From contig NW_003314299.1 of assembly GCF_000143415.4 (NCBI RefSeq), positions 730,229 to 794,228 of the forward strand: a stretch of DNA of 64,000 nucleotides, read 5' to 3'. The DNA is from Selaginella moellendorffii (Eukaryota > Plantae > Lycopodiophyta). The notes under the pieces were generated by a model. That model saw only the letters and a list, made by a program, of their open reading frames with translations, was not told the DNA's origin and searched no databases. Positions 35,381 to 47,516 of the stretch are shown in pieces; positions within the stretch are counted from its first letter, which is position 1, and the number at the start of each line of letters is the position of its first letter. The position numbers were made by a program, and so were the translations under genes.

Positions 35381-38324
35381 CTACTTTGACGATGCCGAAG
35401 CAATCAACCCTGCAACCAAGCGTGGATCAGACCAACTGGGAATGTAGACAGGGAAGGAAAGTTTTTCGAGCTACCAAGAAAAACCGGTGATGGCTTTCCG
35501 GGGCGAGACTTAAACTCGGGATGGAATTGCACGCCAACATAGAATTTGTGCGATGCCAGTTCCACGATCTTAGAAAATTTCGTTAGCAAGATTATTGTCT
35601 GCAATAAGAAAGATCAAAGAGAGAGTTCTTACCTCCATGCGTCTTCCAGTTTCATCTCTTCCCACGAAACAAAGCCCCGCATTCTCGAGCGAGCTCACCA
35701 TCTCCGGATTTACCTGCGCAGAAAACAAGGCTTGAAAACAGTATACTTAAAAAGCTATTGTCTGTCTAGATTCCAGATCGAAGTATATGACAAAAAGCAT
35801 GACACTCGAAGCTTAGTTTTCTCGACTCTACTGTTACGACAAGAAGCGTGGCACTGGACTGTAATTGAACATGACAAGCAGCGAGTGACACTCGATCAAA
35901 AACTCTTTGTTTTTGGCTGATGAGTTCCAGCGCAGGACAAGTAGCATGTTCATACTGTAAATGAAAAGTGCGTTCTGACATACCTCGTACCGATGGCGAT
36001 GGCGTTCATCCACAAACATTGCATTCCCATAACTAAAGCACGAAAAACAAAACAAAAGAAAAGAGCTTCTGTTAGAAAACAATCTTGCCAATCGATCCAA
36101 AAACAAAAGCTTACAGTTTGGCAGTGATGCAGTTTGTCGTCTGGAAGAGCGTTCTCCTCGCACCCAACCTCATTGTCCCACCTTTATGTGTTTTTGATAT
36201 CTATGTGAACGAACAAGATCACACACACACATTCAAAAAGAGATAGATACCTCAGGCATGTACACGACACAAGGATGTGGTGTAGCCGGATCAAACTCAG
36301 TGCTGTGTGCTCCGTCCAATCCAAGCACCTAAAAATCGAACCAAGAAGAAAGGTTTTTAGAACTTTTCACTAGATGATTGATCGACTTAACTGAGCGCGC
36401 AAATTCGATCACGGCGATTTGCATGCCCAGGCAGATTCCCAAGTAAGGGACGTTGTTTTCACGAGCATACTTCGCAGCCAAGAGCTTCCCTTGTATTCCT
36501 CGGTCTCCAAATCCTCCAGGAACTAAAACGCCATCGACATTCTGGAAAATCAATTAACCATAAGCTTGAAAGCTAGAACAAAAAAATGAGTTCCGTGCCT
36601 TTAGCTTGGTCCATGCGGCAGTGCGTAGACTTTGCGGGGCATCGTCTTCCAGGTCTGACGATGCCACCCATTCAATCTCCAGCTTTTTCTCGCACGAGAA
36701 TGCTGCGTGTTGGAGCGCCTGAAAGCGAAATGAAAAAAGACCGCATGCGGCAAAAGTAAAGCAAAAGGTGAACAGACCTTGATCACGGAGAGGTAGGAAT
36801 CAGCCAAGCCTGTGTACTTCCCAACCATTCCAATTCTTATTCCCTATGCGTGAAAAACTAGTAAGCTTGCGCTGGTGAGCTCCAAAAAGTCTTACAGAAG
36901 AAAGTGTATCGAGTCGCTGGGCTCTTTGCTCCCATTGTGATAGTTCTGGCTGTCGTGCGGTGCTGTGAAAAACCAACAAAGTTAAACATTATATTTAAGT
37001 GAGAATATGTAAGAAATCAGACCTGAGGTTTAGTCTTTCTAGTATAGCAAGATGAACATTTTGATCCTGGAGTGGTGGAAAGAGTCAGAAAAAGATTGAA
37101 GAACTTTAAGTTATCCTACTCGGAGCAAAAGCGGGACATGCCAAATGTTGGAGACGTCGTGGATGCCGAAGATGTGATGAGCCTGTCTATGCATCTTTGT
37201 TACTTAGAAAAAAATATAAATAGAAAACAAGACCAAGATGAAAGAAACGTACCGGGACATGACAAAAGAGCGCAAGTTTCTCCCTAGTACTCTTTTCCAA
37301 TGGCTGCGCAAGAAATTGGAGAGAGAGGAAAAAAAAAAACTCGTAAGATGAATCAAATGGTAGCACGGGCTTAACTTTGGCACTCCTGCAAGCAAGTAGT
37401 GTGGGTGTTAATCCCAAGGCTCGAAGCGCTTGGACGCTGTGCTGTGTGGGCTTCGTCTTCTGAAAACACATTGCAAAGAATGCTGAGAAGAGCTGTAAAT
37501 TCGACAGCTTTGTTACCTGTTCGCCCACGACTCCAAGAACAGGAACAAGGCTGACATGAACGAGGCAAAAGTTCTCTCGTCCCAGACGGAACTCAAAGTC
37601 GCTCAGAGCTCGAAAGAAAGCTTCTGACTCCATGTCACCTGGACAATATTATCAAATCAACAAGCAAGAAGAAACAACAAAGAAAAACACTCACAAACAG
37701 TGCCTCCAAGCTCGATCAAACACACATCCGCTTCACCCTCCTTCCCGTCGACAGAAACTTTGGAAGCGCGTTGGATCCAATCGTGTATCTCATTGGTGAC
37801 GTGAGGAATGGCCTATACCAAAACACACAAACGAAACAAGTCTTTCGAACGACAGAAAAACCAAAACCATGCTCACTTGAACAGTCTTTCCCAGGTAGTC
37901 ACCCCTCCTTTCCCTATCAAAAACAGACTATGATCACAGCATCCACAAGCAAACCTTCAGTATTCACAGGACTTGGATCGATCGATAAGTCACATACCTG
38001 ATAGATCTTGCCTGTAGTGATGTTGTTATCTCTCGTCAAAGTGATGTCCAGGAAGCGCTCGTAGTTCCCGAGATCCAAGTCGACCTCGCCACCATCGTTA
38101 AGCACGAACACTTCTCCGTGCTCAAAGGGCGACATTGTTCCAGCGTCCACATTAAGGTATGGATCTGCGAGCGATGGATGGGTGTTACAAAAAAAAACGA
38201 GCATACCAATTTTGATGGCAGTAACACGCAAGCCGCAAGCTTGGAGGAGGACTCCAATGCTGCTGGCGGTGATGCCTTTGCCCAGGCCACTCACAACGCC
38301 GCCGGTTACCACCACGTACTTCAT
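35381..38324 (-). CDS. CTPS: CTP synthase, many exons
   Basis: [86 protein letters not shown]; stop TAG 35381-35383. Confidence 0.96.
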
Positions 38325-38424
38325 CCTATAAACCCTAAACCCTTCCACCAATATTTAAGCTTGGTAGTTCGCAGAAAAAAGAAGAAGATTGGATTCCAAT
38401 ACCGCTCGAAGAACAAGTTTTCGA

Positions 38425-39312
38425 TTACATCTCGTCATCGGTCCCATTATCATCGTCGTCGTTGTCATCGTCACTGGTACCAGGCTGCAAGGCAAAGGAA
38501 ACGCTAAGTTTTTACAGGAGAATTCTCGAAATCTCGCAGTCTCTACCTTGTCTTTGTCCCAGTTCTTGAGTTTGGACTTCCCGAGCACAAAATCGTTTTG
38601 CAAAACTGGCCATCTAGATTCAGTATCCTGTCACAAAGCAACCCAAAATCACACGACGAAAACCTCGAGTTTTTCGTTACCTCCGGTTGAGATCTCGCGT
38701 TGTTTATCTCTGAGAGGAACGCTGCTTTGCTTTGCTTGATCACAGTCTTGGCATCCCGGGACTTGAGAGACTCGGAGTCGGCCTGGAGCTTCTGTGCCTT
38801 GGTCACCGCATTGAAAAGAGTTACCACTGTTTTGGACAAAAGCTCGTGAGAAGAAACGCAAGGAATTCTATTCAACTAGAGAATCCTCGTACCTCCTCTG
38901 GTGGCCAGTTTGATCAGTGCCATCTCCTTGGCATTCACAAACGATTCTGGAAGCAAATGCCGCTACTAGAGTCGTAAGTTTTCCTTCTTCCATAAGCATA
39001 GAAACTAATATTTCATACCTCTTGTTCTTGCTTGCTTGGCTTCTTCTTCTTCGCCGCCACCGCCCCATCCTCCTGCGCCGCCAATTTCTTGGCGACGAGC
39101 GTCCTCCGAGCAGCTAACACTGGACCCTAGGACAGCGAGAAATCGATCGATCGAATCGATCAGAGGAGGCCGAGGGAGCGGCAAGAGAGCAAACGTACCA
39201 CTGCGCTTCCAGGCGAGTCGCTGTAGGACGATTTGATGATCTTGCTGAAGGCCCTGCTATAGGCATTCTCGTCCTGGCCAGCGTCATCGTCTTCCTCCCG
39301 CGCCGTTTTCAT
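38425..39312 (-). CDS. RRP15: RRP15-like ribosome biogenesis protein
   Basis: Spliced product includes AFSKII, PVLA, LIKLATRG|VVTLFNAV, SKAAFLSEI, WPVLQNDFVLG.SKLKNWDK and an acidic tail. Confidence 0.85.
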
Positions 39313-39362
39313 CGATTCTATAGCTAGGGTTTATACCACTTGAAATATTAGGGTTCTTGACA

Positions 39363-39746
39363 ATGGAGGTAGAACCAGTGGAATCGCGGCGGCAGCGCCT
39401 TCTCGCAATCCGGCAGGCCGCCGCTGCGCAAGAGTCGAATCAGGCAAGCGATCCCAGCTCCAGCGCCACAAAGAGGAAGGCCTGCGAAGAAGAAGAATCT
39501 GATAGAACGGAAGAAGAGGAATCGCACCCGGCGGCTCCATCGCCGTCGCCATCGCCATCGAGGTTCTACAGTGGTGCTAGAGGAGGAGGACGAAGGCAAT
39601 GGGGGCGAGAAGGGCGCGGGCGTGGGCGCGGCCACTATCACAATGCGCAAGATTCACAAGGGGCGACCATCGATGCGCGGCAGTATTTTCGAAAGTGGAT
39701 GCTCCTTGATCCTTGGAAAGATCTCTCGCCGCTGCCACTCCCGTGA
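39363..39746 (+). CDS. SIC: SICKLE/MPLKIP-like small protein
   Basis: N-terminal ESRRQRLLAIRQAA, RGG-rich middle, C-terminal YFRKWMLLDPWKDL matching the MPLKIP/SIC 'Y..SM.EDPW..L' motif. Confidence 0.7.
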   Translation: MEVEPVESRRQRLLAIRQAAAAQESNQASDPSSSATKRKACEEEESDRTEEEESHPAAPSPSPSPSRFYSGARGGGRRQWGREGRGRGRGHYHNAQDSQGATIDARQYFRKWMLLDPWKDLSPLPLP

Positions 39747-39959
39747 TTGGAATGGAAATGCTTGATGGAAATTTTAGAGCCAAGAAGAAAACATCGCTTC
39801 TCTCTCTCTCTCGCGCTCGCTCTAGCTCTCATGCTCCATAGCTCGAGCCATGTAGAGCCAACTCGATTTTTTTTTCCTCCGCCAAAGAGCTTCGTCCGGC
39901 AAAGAAGAAAAAACTTCACGGCTCCTCCCGCGAGTGTTCTCCTTTTCGCAACTTCTTCT

Positions 39960-40858
39960 TCATCGCCCGGATCCTTCGCGGCTCTGCTTGATCATCACTT
40001 TCTTGTACTCTGCGAGAAAACGAAGGATCGTTACAAGTTCTTGGCTATGGAATTCGTGGAAAACTTACCTTCCTGGTTTGGCCACAACGTTGCCGCATAG
40101 CTGTTGAGAGGACTGTTGTTGTTTGGCTCTGTAGAAGCGAGAGATGATCAAAACGATTCGAGAAAAGATCGCATTACCTCCAAGCAAGCTTTGGATCGAT
40201 AGCAGAACGGTTCTAACATCGTAAGCCGAGGACCATTTATCCTGCGCCAGCCAGCCACAGCATAGAGAGATTTGTGTGAGAAGAACATCATCTCAATCCC
40301 AGCAAAACTTCACTGGCGCGTACCTGCAAGATGTCGAGGCAAATGTTGCCGTGCTGATCGACGTTGGGATGGAAACACGACGTCTCAAACTTGACCAGCG
40401 GTGGCTTGAATGGATAATCCGTGGGAAAGCGCAGCGAGAGCTTGAAAGAGAGACCTTCATAGACAGTCGCCTCGCCTCCTTTGATGGTTCCAATCCATGT
40501 AAAGATGTTGTCACCGTCTGGAAACGCTGAAATTCCCGGATCCCCGCAAGTCTATAGCAAAGAAGGAAGGATTAAACGAAGAACACACCACTGAGACCAA
40601 CGGAAACGTCGAGAAGAAAAACGAAGCTCTTACCATCAAAGCCATGAGCTCCGATTGCAACCTGGAAGGAGAAGGAAGCTCAGCTCGCGTCAAACCCTAG
40701 CGAGAGGGGAAAGGAACCCTAGAGAGCAAGAACACGCACCTCCTGGTCACGGAATGGCTGTCCACGGGCTGCAAATTCGGCTTGCTCTGCTTGCTGCTGG
40801 CCGGATTGTTGGTGGCTTGCTGCTGCGCGATCGCATCCACGCCGCCGTTCATATTCAT
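39960..40858 (-). CDS. UBC19: Ubiquitin-conjugating enzyme E2-C (UBC19/UBC20 type)
   Basis: [76 protein letters not shown]. Confidence 0.94.
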
Positions 40859-41018
40859 GATCACAGAGCGCCGCCGAGGAGGGAAGAGGAGAGGTGAGAT
40901 TGGCGCCTTACCCTCTCGCTAGAACCAGACCTAAAATGCTAATGGAGAGGACTCTGGAAGAGAAAAGAACTTCTCGCTTTTGTGCTTTCCACCAAAAGCA
41001 AATGCGTTGTGGGGATTC

Positions 41019-41150
41019 AACGGGATTGGAATACCCAGTGGCGTCCGTGCAATACCAAGCGACGCGCACGCCTTCGTGGGCCCAATTTGACCGTTGCGTG
41101 AATTTAAAAGCGGGCCGGGATCCGGGCCGTTGAAGCCACAAGGATCCGTT
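41019..41150. promoter_or_regulatory. MSA-like (AACGG core) cluster plus site II element upstream of UBC19/20
   Basis: AACGG 41019; CCGTT 41091, 41127, 41146; TGGGCC 41077. Confidence 0.6.
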
Positions 41151-41927
41151 AGAAGAATTGCAATGCTTAGATCTTAAAGGTTTGCAATCGATAGTTTGTT
41201 TCTATAGTTTGCAAGAATCAAATTATAGTACAATCTATAATGTGTACCAAATTGCTGTGAACTTGTTTTATAAGGAATTTGGTTTGATTAGAATTTGGAA
41301 GGTGACTAGATAGATAGATAACTATGTTTAATCACTGTTAACTTGTGAGAGCATGGGACTTTAGAGTAGGAGATGTGATAGAAACGGGATCTCATTTTAG
41401 CTATGTCTTCTTGATCAGTAGTTTGTAAAATTCCCAAGCTTTAGCCGCTTCGAGTTTTTTAACTGCTGGTTGTAAGTCGTGCATGCCACAATTCCTGCAA
41501 TAAAAATATTCTCTCATAGATTAACTGTATAAGAACAAATTTTATTTGACTAATTTTTTTTTTGTTGTTGGTCAAAGATATAGAGAACATAGAGATTGGA
41601 ATTTGGAGGAACAAGGAGCATAAAAGAGCTTGGAGCGTGGAAGAACATAGAGCGCTTCACTAAAGAATATCTAGTATATTCTTATATATGCCTTTGCAGA
41701 GTATCAGTATATTCTCATGATCAATACTAAGAAAAACATTCGCAGTAAGACTCTTAACTGGTAATTTATGAATATGGTTTTAACCGAGCAGTGACTGTGT
41801 CGGGGCTGTGACTTACCTGGAGTAATAGTGGCAGGGGCGGTGAGTTACCTGGTTTTAACCGGAGTAATTTTTCGGACGTAAGGGGTGAGAAAGGAGCGTT
41901 CTTTGGAGAGGCGAGAGGCGAGAGGCT

Positions 41928-43189
41928 ATGGCGACGGAGAAGCGCGCATTGGTTTTTCTCGTTTTAGCTGTGTTCTTGATCGGCAGTGGGAGTAGCGCAT
42001 CGATTCTCGACAGCCTGTGCCTCCCTGCTGCGCGAGAAGTCGCAGCCATTCTTGCAAATCTGTGCTCTGGACTGGATCTGCCGCCTAGTTCTAGCGCCAG
42101 CGACGCCGATGTGGTTTCAGTGCCTGGTAAGTCGTGCATGTCTCTGATCGTTCATGTGAATTTTCTTCTCTTTCTTTCTTCTCAGTGCCAGGCTCGACTC
42201 CTTCGAATTCTACCGCTTCCTTGTCAGGGAAAGATTCCGCTGGTGATCTCCAGAACGAGAGTGAGGCAAGAATCCAGGCGCCAGGTATTTAGCTCTTGTT
42301 TCGCAGATTTGGCAGCAGGGGTGTCTTTAACATGGCTTTCTGTAGAGAATGGAGGTCCGGAAGATGAGCTTGAAACCAGGGACGATGACGAGCAAGGTCG
42401 GTTTTAGATTAGTTCAAGTTGGATGCGCCTACTAGCTAGTGATGCTAACATATGTTCTCTGTCAGGGCGTGATTCTGGTGGCGATCGCCCCGACGAACGC
42501 ATAGCTGACCAAGACATATCAGGTAATGGCGTCCAGGACGAAAAATAAAGTATGACTCACTGTATCCTTGCAGCTGCTGAGCCTGTTGAGGAGCAGACCA
42601 CCGAAGGTTGCCACCTTTAACAAATTCACTTGAAAGGACTTTTTGCTGTCTGATCCCAGCACCGGAGGAAATGGAGCTCAAGGGGGGATTGCGATGCCGG
42701 GTATGTAATTTACCCCGCCTGGGCAATTCCATTCTAAAATTTCTACCGGATGCCGCAGTTTCTACCTGGCGAGTGCATTTCGATCCCGCGTTCCGCCACC
42801 CTGACGGCCAGGGCGAAAACCTGGTTGCCGTGGAAGGCCCAGATGACATTCCTCACCTCGTTGCTTACCTTCAGCAACTCATTCCACAGAACCTGCACGC
42901 CCAAGTCTGTGGAAACGGAGACGAGATGCACCTCTACCTGACTGACATGCGGCGGAGAACAATCTTTTTCCTGCCTGTTGCAGTGCTCTGGTCCGACTCC
43001 AACTACAACGAGGTGTATGGGATGCTTCGCTTTACTGCTGAGGCTTGTGACGTGCAGACAGGCATTGATGGCCGCCATCCTCGGAGGCTGCCAGCCACGG
43101 GACTAAGCTGCGAGATTCGACTTGGGACGGGATACCGATTGGAGACTGTTGAATCGAGCTTCAGGCTCATCGGCTGTGTCGTCCGTTGA
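41928..43189 (+). CDS. Secreted protein of unknown family with acidic micro-exon linker and Cys-containing C-terminal domain
   Basis: Signal peptide MATEKRALVFLVLAVFLIGSGSSA. Exons 41928-42126, 42186-42284, 42346-42396, 42466-42522, 42574-42606, 42660-43189 splice in frame. The last exon may contain further introns. Confidence 0.65.
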
Positions 43190-43755
43190 ATGACTTGCTG
43201 GGCGAATTGGTTTGATTTCAATTTCAACGTAAAAGGTGTGTAGGAAAATCCGAAAGTAAAGACGAATTGACATTATCTCTTGTTAACTTACAGGCCGCTC
43301 TCAGAACAGACAAGGATTCTACTGAAGTTCGAAGCCAATGTTGCAAGCTATTCCTGAGATAAACTTTTGCCTTTTCCCTAAGACTTCAATCTAACCAACA
43401 AGTTGCCTTTGTCGTTTGAACAACATCTTCACCAACAGCTTTCTTAATGGTTAGAGTCTAGTGTCTTGAAGGATGGATCAATATGTCTTGTGGTTGTTTT
43501 GTACTGCGAAACAAAGCCCAGATTAATAGCATGATACAATAACATGGATATTCTTATTCTCCACTTGCAATTCTCTGCAGCATTGAAAGACAGCTTCTTG
43601 TCCATCCGCCCTGAACATGAATCTGTGGCCCAAACCGCGGCTCCCTCCGAAAGTCACCTCCGCTCCATTCTTTAGACCGAATATGGTAAATATCAGTCTT
43701 TTCTTGTGTTTTCTACACGCGTACCCTTTTTGACGAGCGAATAAACAAATAGCTC

Positions 43756-46688
43756 TTAAAATCTAGCACAATTAGTAGGATCGCCAGTTATGTGATCCAC
43801 CAAAACAATCTGGGTCGCATTGCAAGGCAATACATCCTGCCCCAGCTTTGCTCCAGCCGCCTTGAGTCCCTTGATGCTCACTGCCTGGTTAAAGAGGTTG
43901 ATCACCGGCAGCTTTGAAGGTGGTGGCATCCTCTGTGCCGGAAGAATCTTCCAAAAGTCCTCCTCCATCAACGGCACAGTGAAGTCCTCCCTCTTGTGGC
44001 TTAGCGAGTTATCAACGGCCGCAATGTGGGCACCTGGCTCCATGTGATTGGTCGAGAAGCTCGTCTGGTTGGGGAAGTTTGGGTACAAGCTCACGTAGCC
44101 ACGGAGGTACATGAGATCAATGAGGAACTTCTTCCATGACGCTTGCCAGCCGTTGGTCCGGGATCTTGGAATCTGTACGGGATTCGCCTTGGCATCTTCC
44201 GTATAGCGGCTGCCCATGTACTTGTAGAACTCCCTCCAGTGTTTTGGGAAGAAGAGCGCGCCCCAGGAACACGGGAGCTGGTGTAGATACGGCGTATTCG
44301 GGTGGAGTGCCTTGAAGTAGTCCGTAGCGTTCCATTTTGGCCTCTCCTTGACCACTTCCACCAGCCTTGGCGTGTAGAGAGCAATGGAACCCAGCTCTGG
44401 TATTGGAACCGTAGGCCCGGTCGTAGAATATACGTACGTAAGTAGTGCGTACTTGAGCCACATGTAGTAGAACGGAGAGACCTCGATGTCGTCCTCGAGC
44501 AAGAGGCCGTATTCGTGGTCGTGGGCGGGATACCAGCTCTCACTCACGGCTCTGATGAGGCCACCTGGGATGATCCGACGGCGTACGATTTTTCTCCCGT
44601 GTGGCCATTGGAATGCATGGACGAGCTCTAGCGTTGGAGCATCCACTTTGCTATCCATGTTGAATGTGATGTGGATTTTATCTCCCAAGTAGTGGGCCGA
44701 CGCGAGGGATTGGAGCAATCGATTGAGCGATCCAACACGGTTCTGGGTGATGATATTTACCACGATGGTCATCTTGTTCCATTCTGGAAAATCATAGCAA
44801 AGATTGACAAATCGATCAAAATCCAGTGGATCATTACTTACGCTGGAGAGAAATGGGTTTTAGATCGGCCATCCACAACGCATGCTGGATCGACGGTCTG
44901 GGCAGCTCCACGAGTGTTGCATTGCCCCGTTTCGCTGCAAGATCAACGGCGTCCCTCACACCACGCTCCAAATCAGCGACGGTCACGATTATTGCCGGGG
45001 AATGTATCCTCACCAGGCCTCTCATCGCGCCGTAAATCTCCTGGAACTGCCCCGAGAATCCACGGTCCCCCTCGTCCGCTTTCCACGTGGCGGCGATGCT
45101 GCCCATTTCCAGGTCAAAGATCTTAAACCGGCGTTCATGGCATGCTTGCGCGGGCAAGCCCAGCAGTGACGCGGCCTCCTCGCACGGGCAGTGCACGCCA
45201 CCGGCGACCGCCACGTAGGCCTTCTTCCCTAGCGTGGCACGAAACCGCGCGATGAGTGGTGCCAAGTCAGCGACCTGGTCCAGCTTGTGCGCGTAAAAGA
45301 TGACGTCACTCTGCTGTGGATTCATCCTCGCCCATTGCGTCACGTAGCCACGAGAGAGCGCCCGCCACCATTGATCGTCCCGTATTTCGACGATATCCTT
45401 GTGTATGACAGTCGTCTCGGATACGTATGCCAGACGGTGTTCCTTGTCCCCCCACGTCGCCGAGTCCGTCGGATCAACTGGGAGCACGTATGAGCCGGCG
45501 TCCCTATACTTTTGCATCTGATAGCTGGAACATTAAAAAGAGCGCGTAAAAGAAAGTTTAAAAATTCGAAAAGATTCTAAAAGATTCGCACCTGAGATGG
45601 AGATCTTCCCCTGTTGCGAATGTGAATGGCGTCTCGATGAAGAGAGCTTTGACATTCTCGGCGGACAGGAACCACGAGCTTGAGAGGAAATCTACTTGAA
45701 CGATCCTCTCGATCACAATGCCGTACGCTGGATCCGGGAGATAGATCCCAGCTTCCTTTGATCCGAATTTGCGATAGCTTGGGAAGGAGAAATCCTTCTG
45801 GCGGAATGGGAGGATCCGGCCAATGCTTCCAAGAACTGAGTTGCGGTACTTCTCAGTCCCCGCGACGTGCGAGAGGATTTCCAGCATTCTCCTGCCCGGG
45901 ATCATGTCGTCGTCGAGGAAGTAGACGAAATCGCACGAATCGGCCTGGAGCGCGACCTGGAATCGGCCATAGTACTTGAAATCGAAGGTGGAGGAGATGA
46001 ATTGGATGCGCGAATCGTTGTAGGCGTCGACGATCCGGCTGAGGGCGTCGTGATTGGGGCTGGCGAATGCGAGCACCCAGATGGATTGAGGGGGCAGGGA
46101 TTGATCGAGGAGAGCGTCCAGCTGGGCGCAGAGTGTTCTTCGCTTGAAGTGATTGAGCACGACGGTGATCCTGGTGGAATTGGAGCTCGATGATGGAAGA
46201 TCCAGCAGCTCCTGGAGCGTCTCGCTGCCGGAATTTCGCTGCTGAAAGGCCGTGATCTCCTGGAAAAGCTCCGTCTTGAGCTGGATCATGCGTGTGTTGT
46301 TAGATTTCTTCTGGGGGAAGGCAAGGTCCTCGATCTGGCAGGTGCCCTGTTTTGATAGCGGAGAATTAGGGTTCTTGAAAATCCCCTGTGAATGGCTACC
46401 TGTCGGCCAAAGAATGTGCTTCCACTGCTGCGCGATGGCGATTCTAGACGTCCATGGCGTGTGACTGACATCCACATTGGGGCTCATGAAATAGAGAAGA
46501 AATGTAGCATACATTGCGAAGATGAATTGAAGGAGCGTGAGACCCGCCGTGAGCTTCAATCCCTTGACGATCCGGGTCTTGGCAGCGCTGGAAATGGGAT
46601 TGGAATTGGAATTCGCGCTGGATTTGTGATCCCACAGCAAGCTTTGCGTGATATCGGCATTGCTGCCCGGGTTTCCCAGTGCGCCCAT
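43756..46688 (-). CDS. Large glycosyltransferase family 2 protein (At5g60700-like), 3 exons
   Basis: TM anchor, ITVVLNHFKR.TLCAQL, FKYYGRFQ.ALQ, DDDMIPG, GEDLHL; second GT domain GLIRAVSESWYP, LLEDDIEVSP, QLPCSWGA, FSTNHMEPG. Confidence 0.88.
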
Positions 46689-47516
46689 TTGCGATTAGAT
46701 GGATTGATGGATCAGCTCATATATGTGTCAAAAGAAGGAGAGCAGACCCACCAATGAACAAGACGAGAATTGGATGTCCGTGAAGCTGGACTTTTAGTTT
46801 GGCACGCATTCTTTGAAAGATCCGGGCGATAGCGATTGATTTTTCTGCGATGACAAAGCTGGGACAAAAATTTGGCAGCTAGATCGCTTCGTTTTGGAAT
46901 GATCGAGCGCCCTAAAACGATGATCAAGGAGAACATCCCATTGATGGTAACGTGGGGGAAGTTCCTTCTTGGCGCATCTTCCGCGTCGTAACGTCCACCT
47001 GGCTGCTCCAACGGCATCCGGAGTGTACACGTAGACACGATCGAACGCGCCTCCGCCGACCGTTAGGGCATTCCCCCTCGTGGAATGCCGGGGCCGTACA
47101 TGGCCGACGTCGGTGGGCCTCAAACGCTTTGGGCCGCGCACGGCCGTCTTTCACGCCCCTCACGTCGTGGGAAAAGATTCTTTCTTTCATTCCCAGTCAC
47201 CGAATGCTCTGGTGGTAAACTCACATGGACTAGAAGTAGTTAGCACGATTTTAAACCAAGCCCTAAAAGCCACAGCAGTGAATATTCCTTGTTTCCCCGT
47301 ATATTCCAGGGCGAGTTTTTAATCCTTTTATTCGAGGTGAGAAAACCTAAACCCTTGGCAGTCATACATTGTGTGTGCTCGTTTTCTAGGGCGGAAGCCG
47401 GCGTCTCTTTGCTGCTGCCGGATAGCGTCCTTACAGCTCAAGCGCGCTCTCGCTCCGGGGATTCTAGGTCGGCATCGGCTCGCGGATTCTGGAGTTTTCA
47501 TGGCGCCGCGCAAGAC

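Noticed and set aside
1-39746. HEN1, SICKLE-like and a long hairpin in one window as an RNA-silencing cluster
   Set aside because: They are 12-25 kb apart with many unrelated genes between them; nothing indicates more than coincidence.
41811-41865. ACTTACCTGG plus AATTTTTCGG resembling the U1 snRNA 5' end and an Sm site
   Set aside because: No U1 stem-loops or correct spacing; the motif is part of a short local direct repeat.
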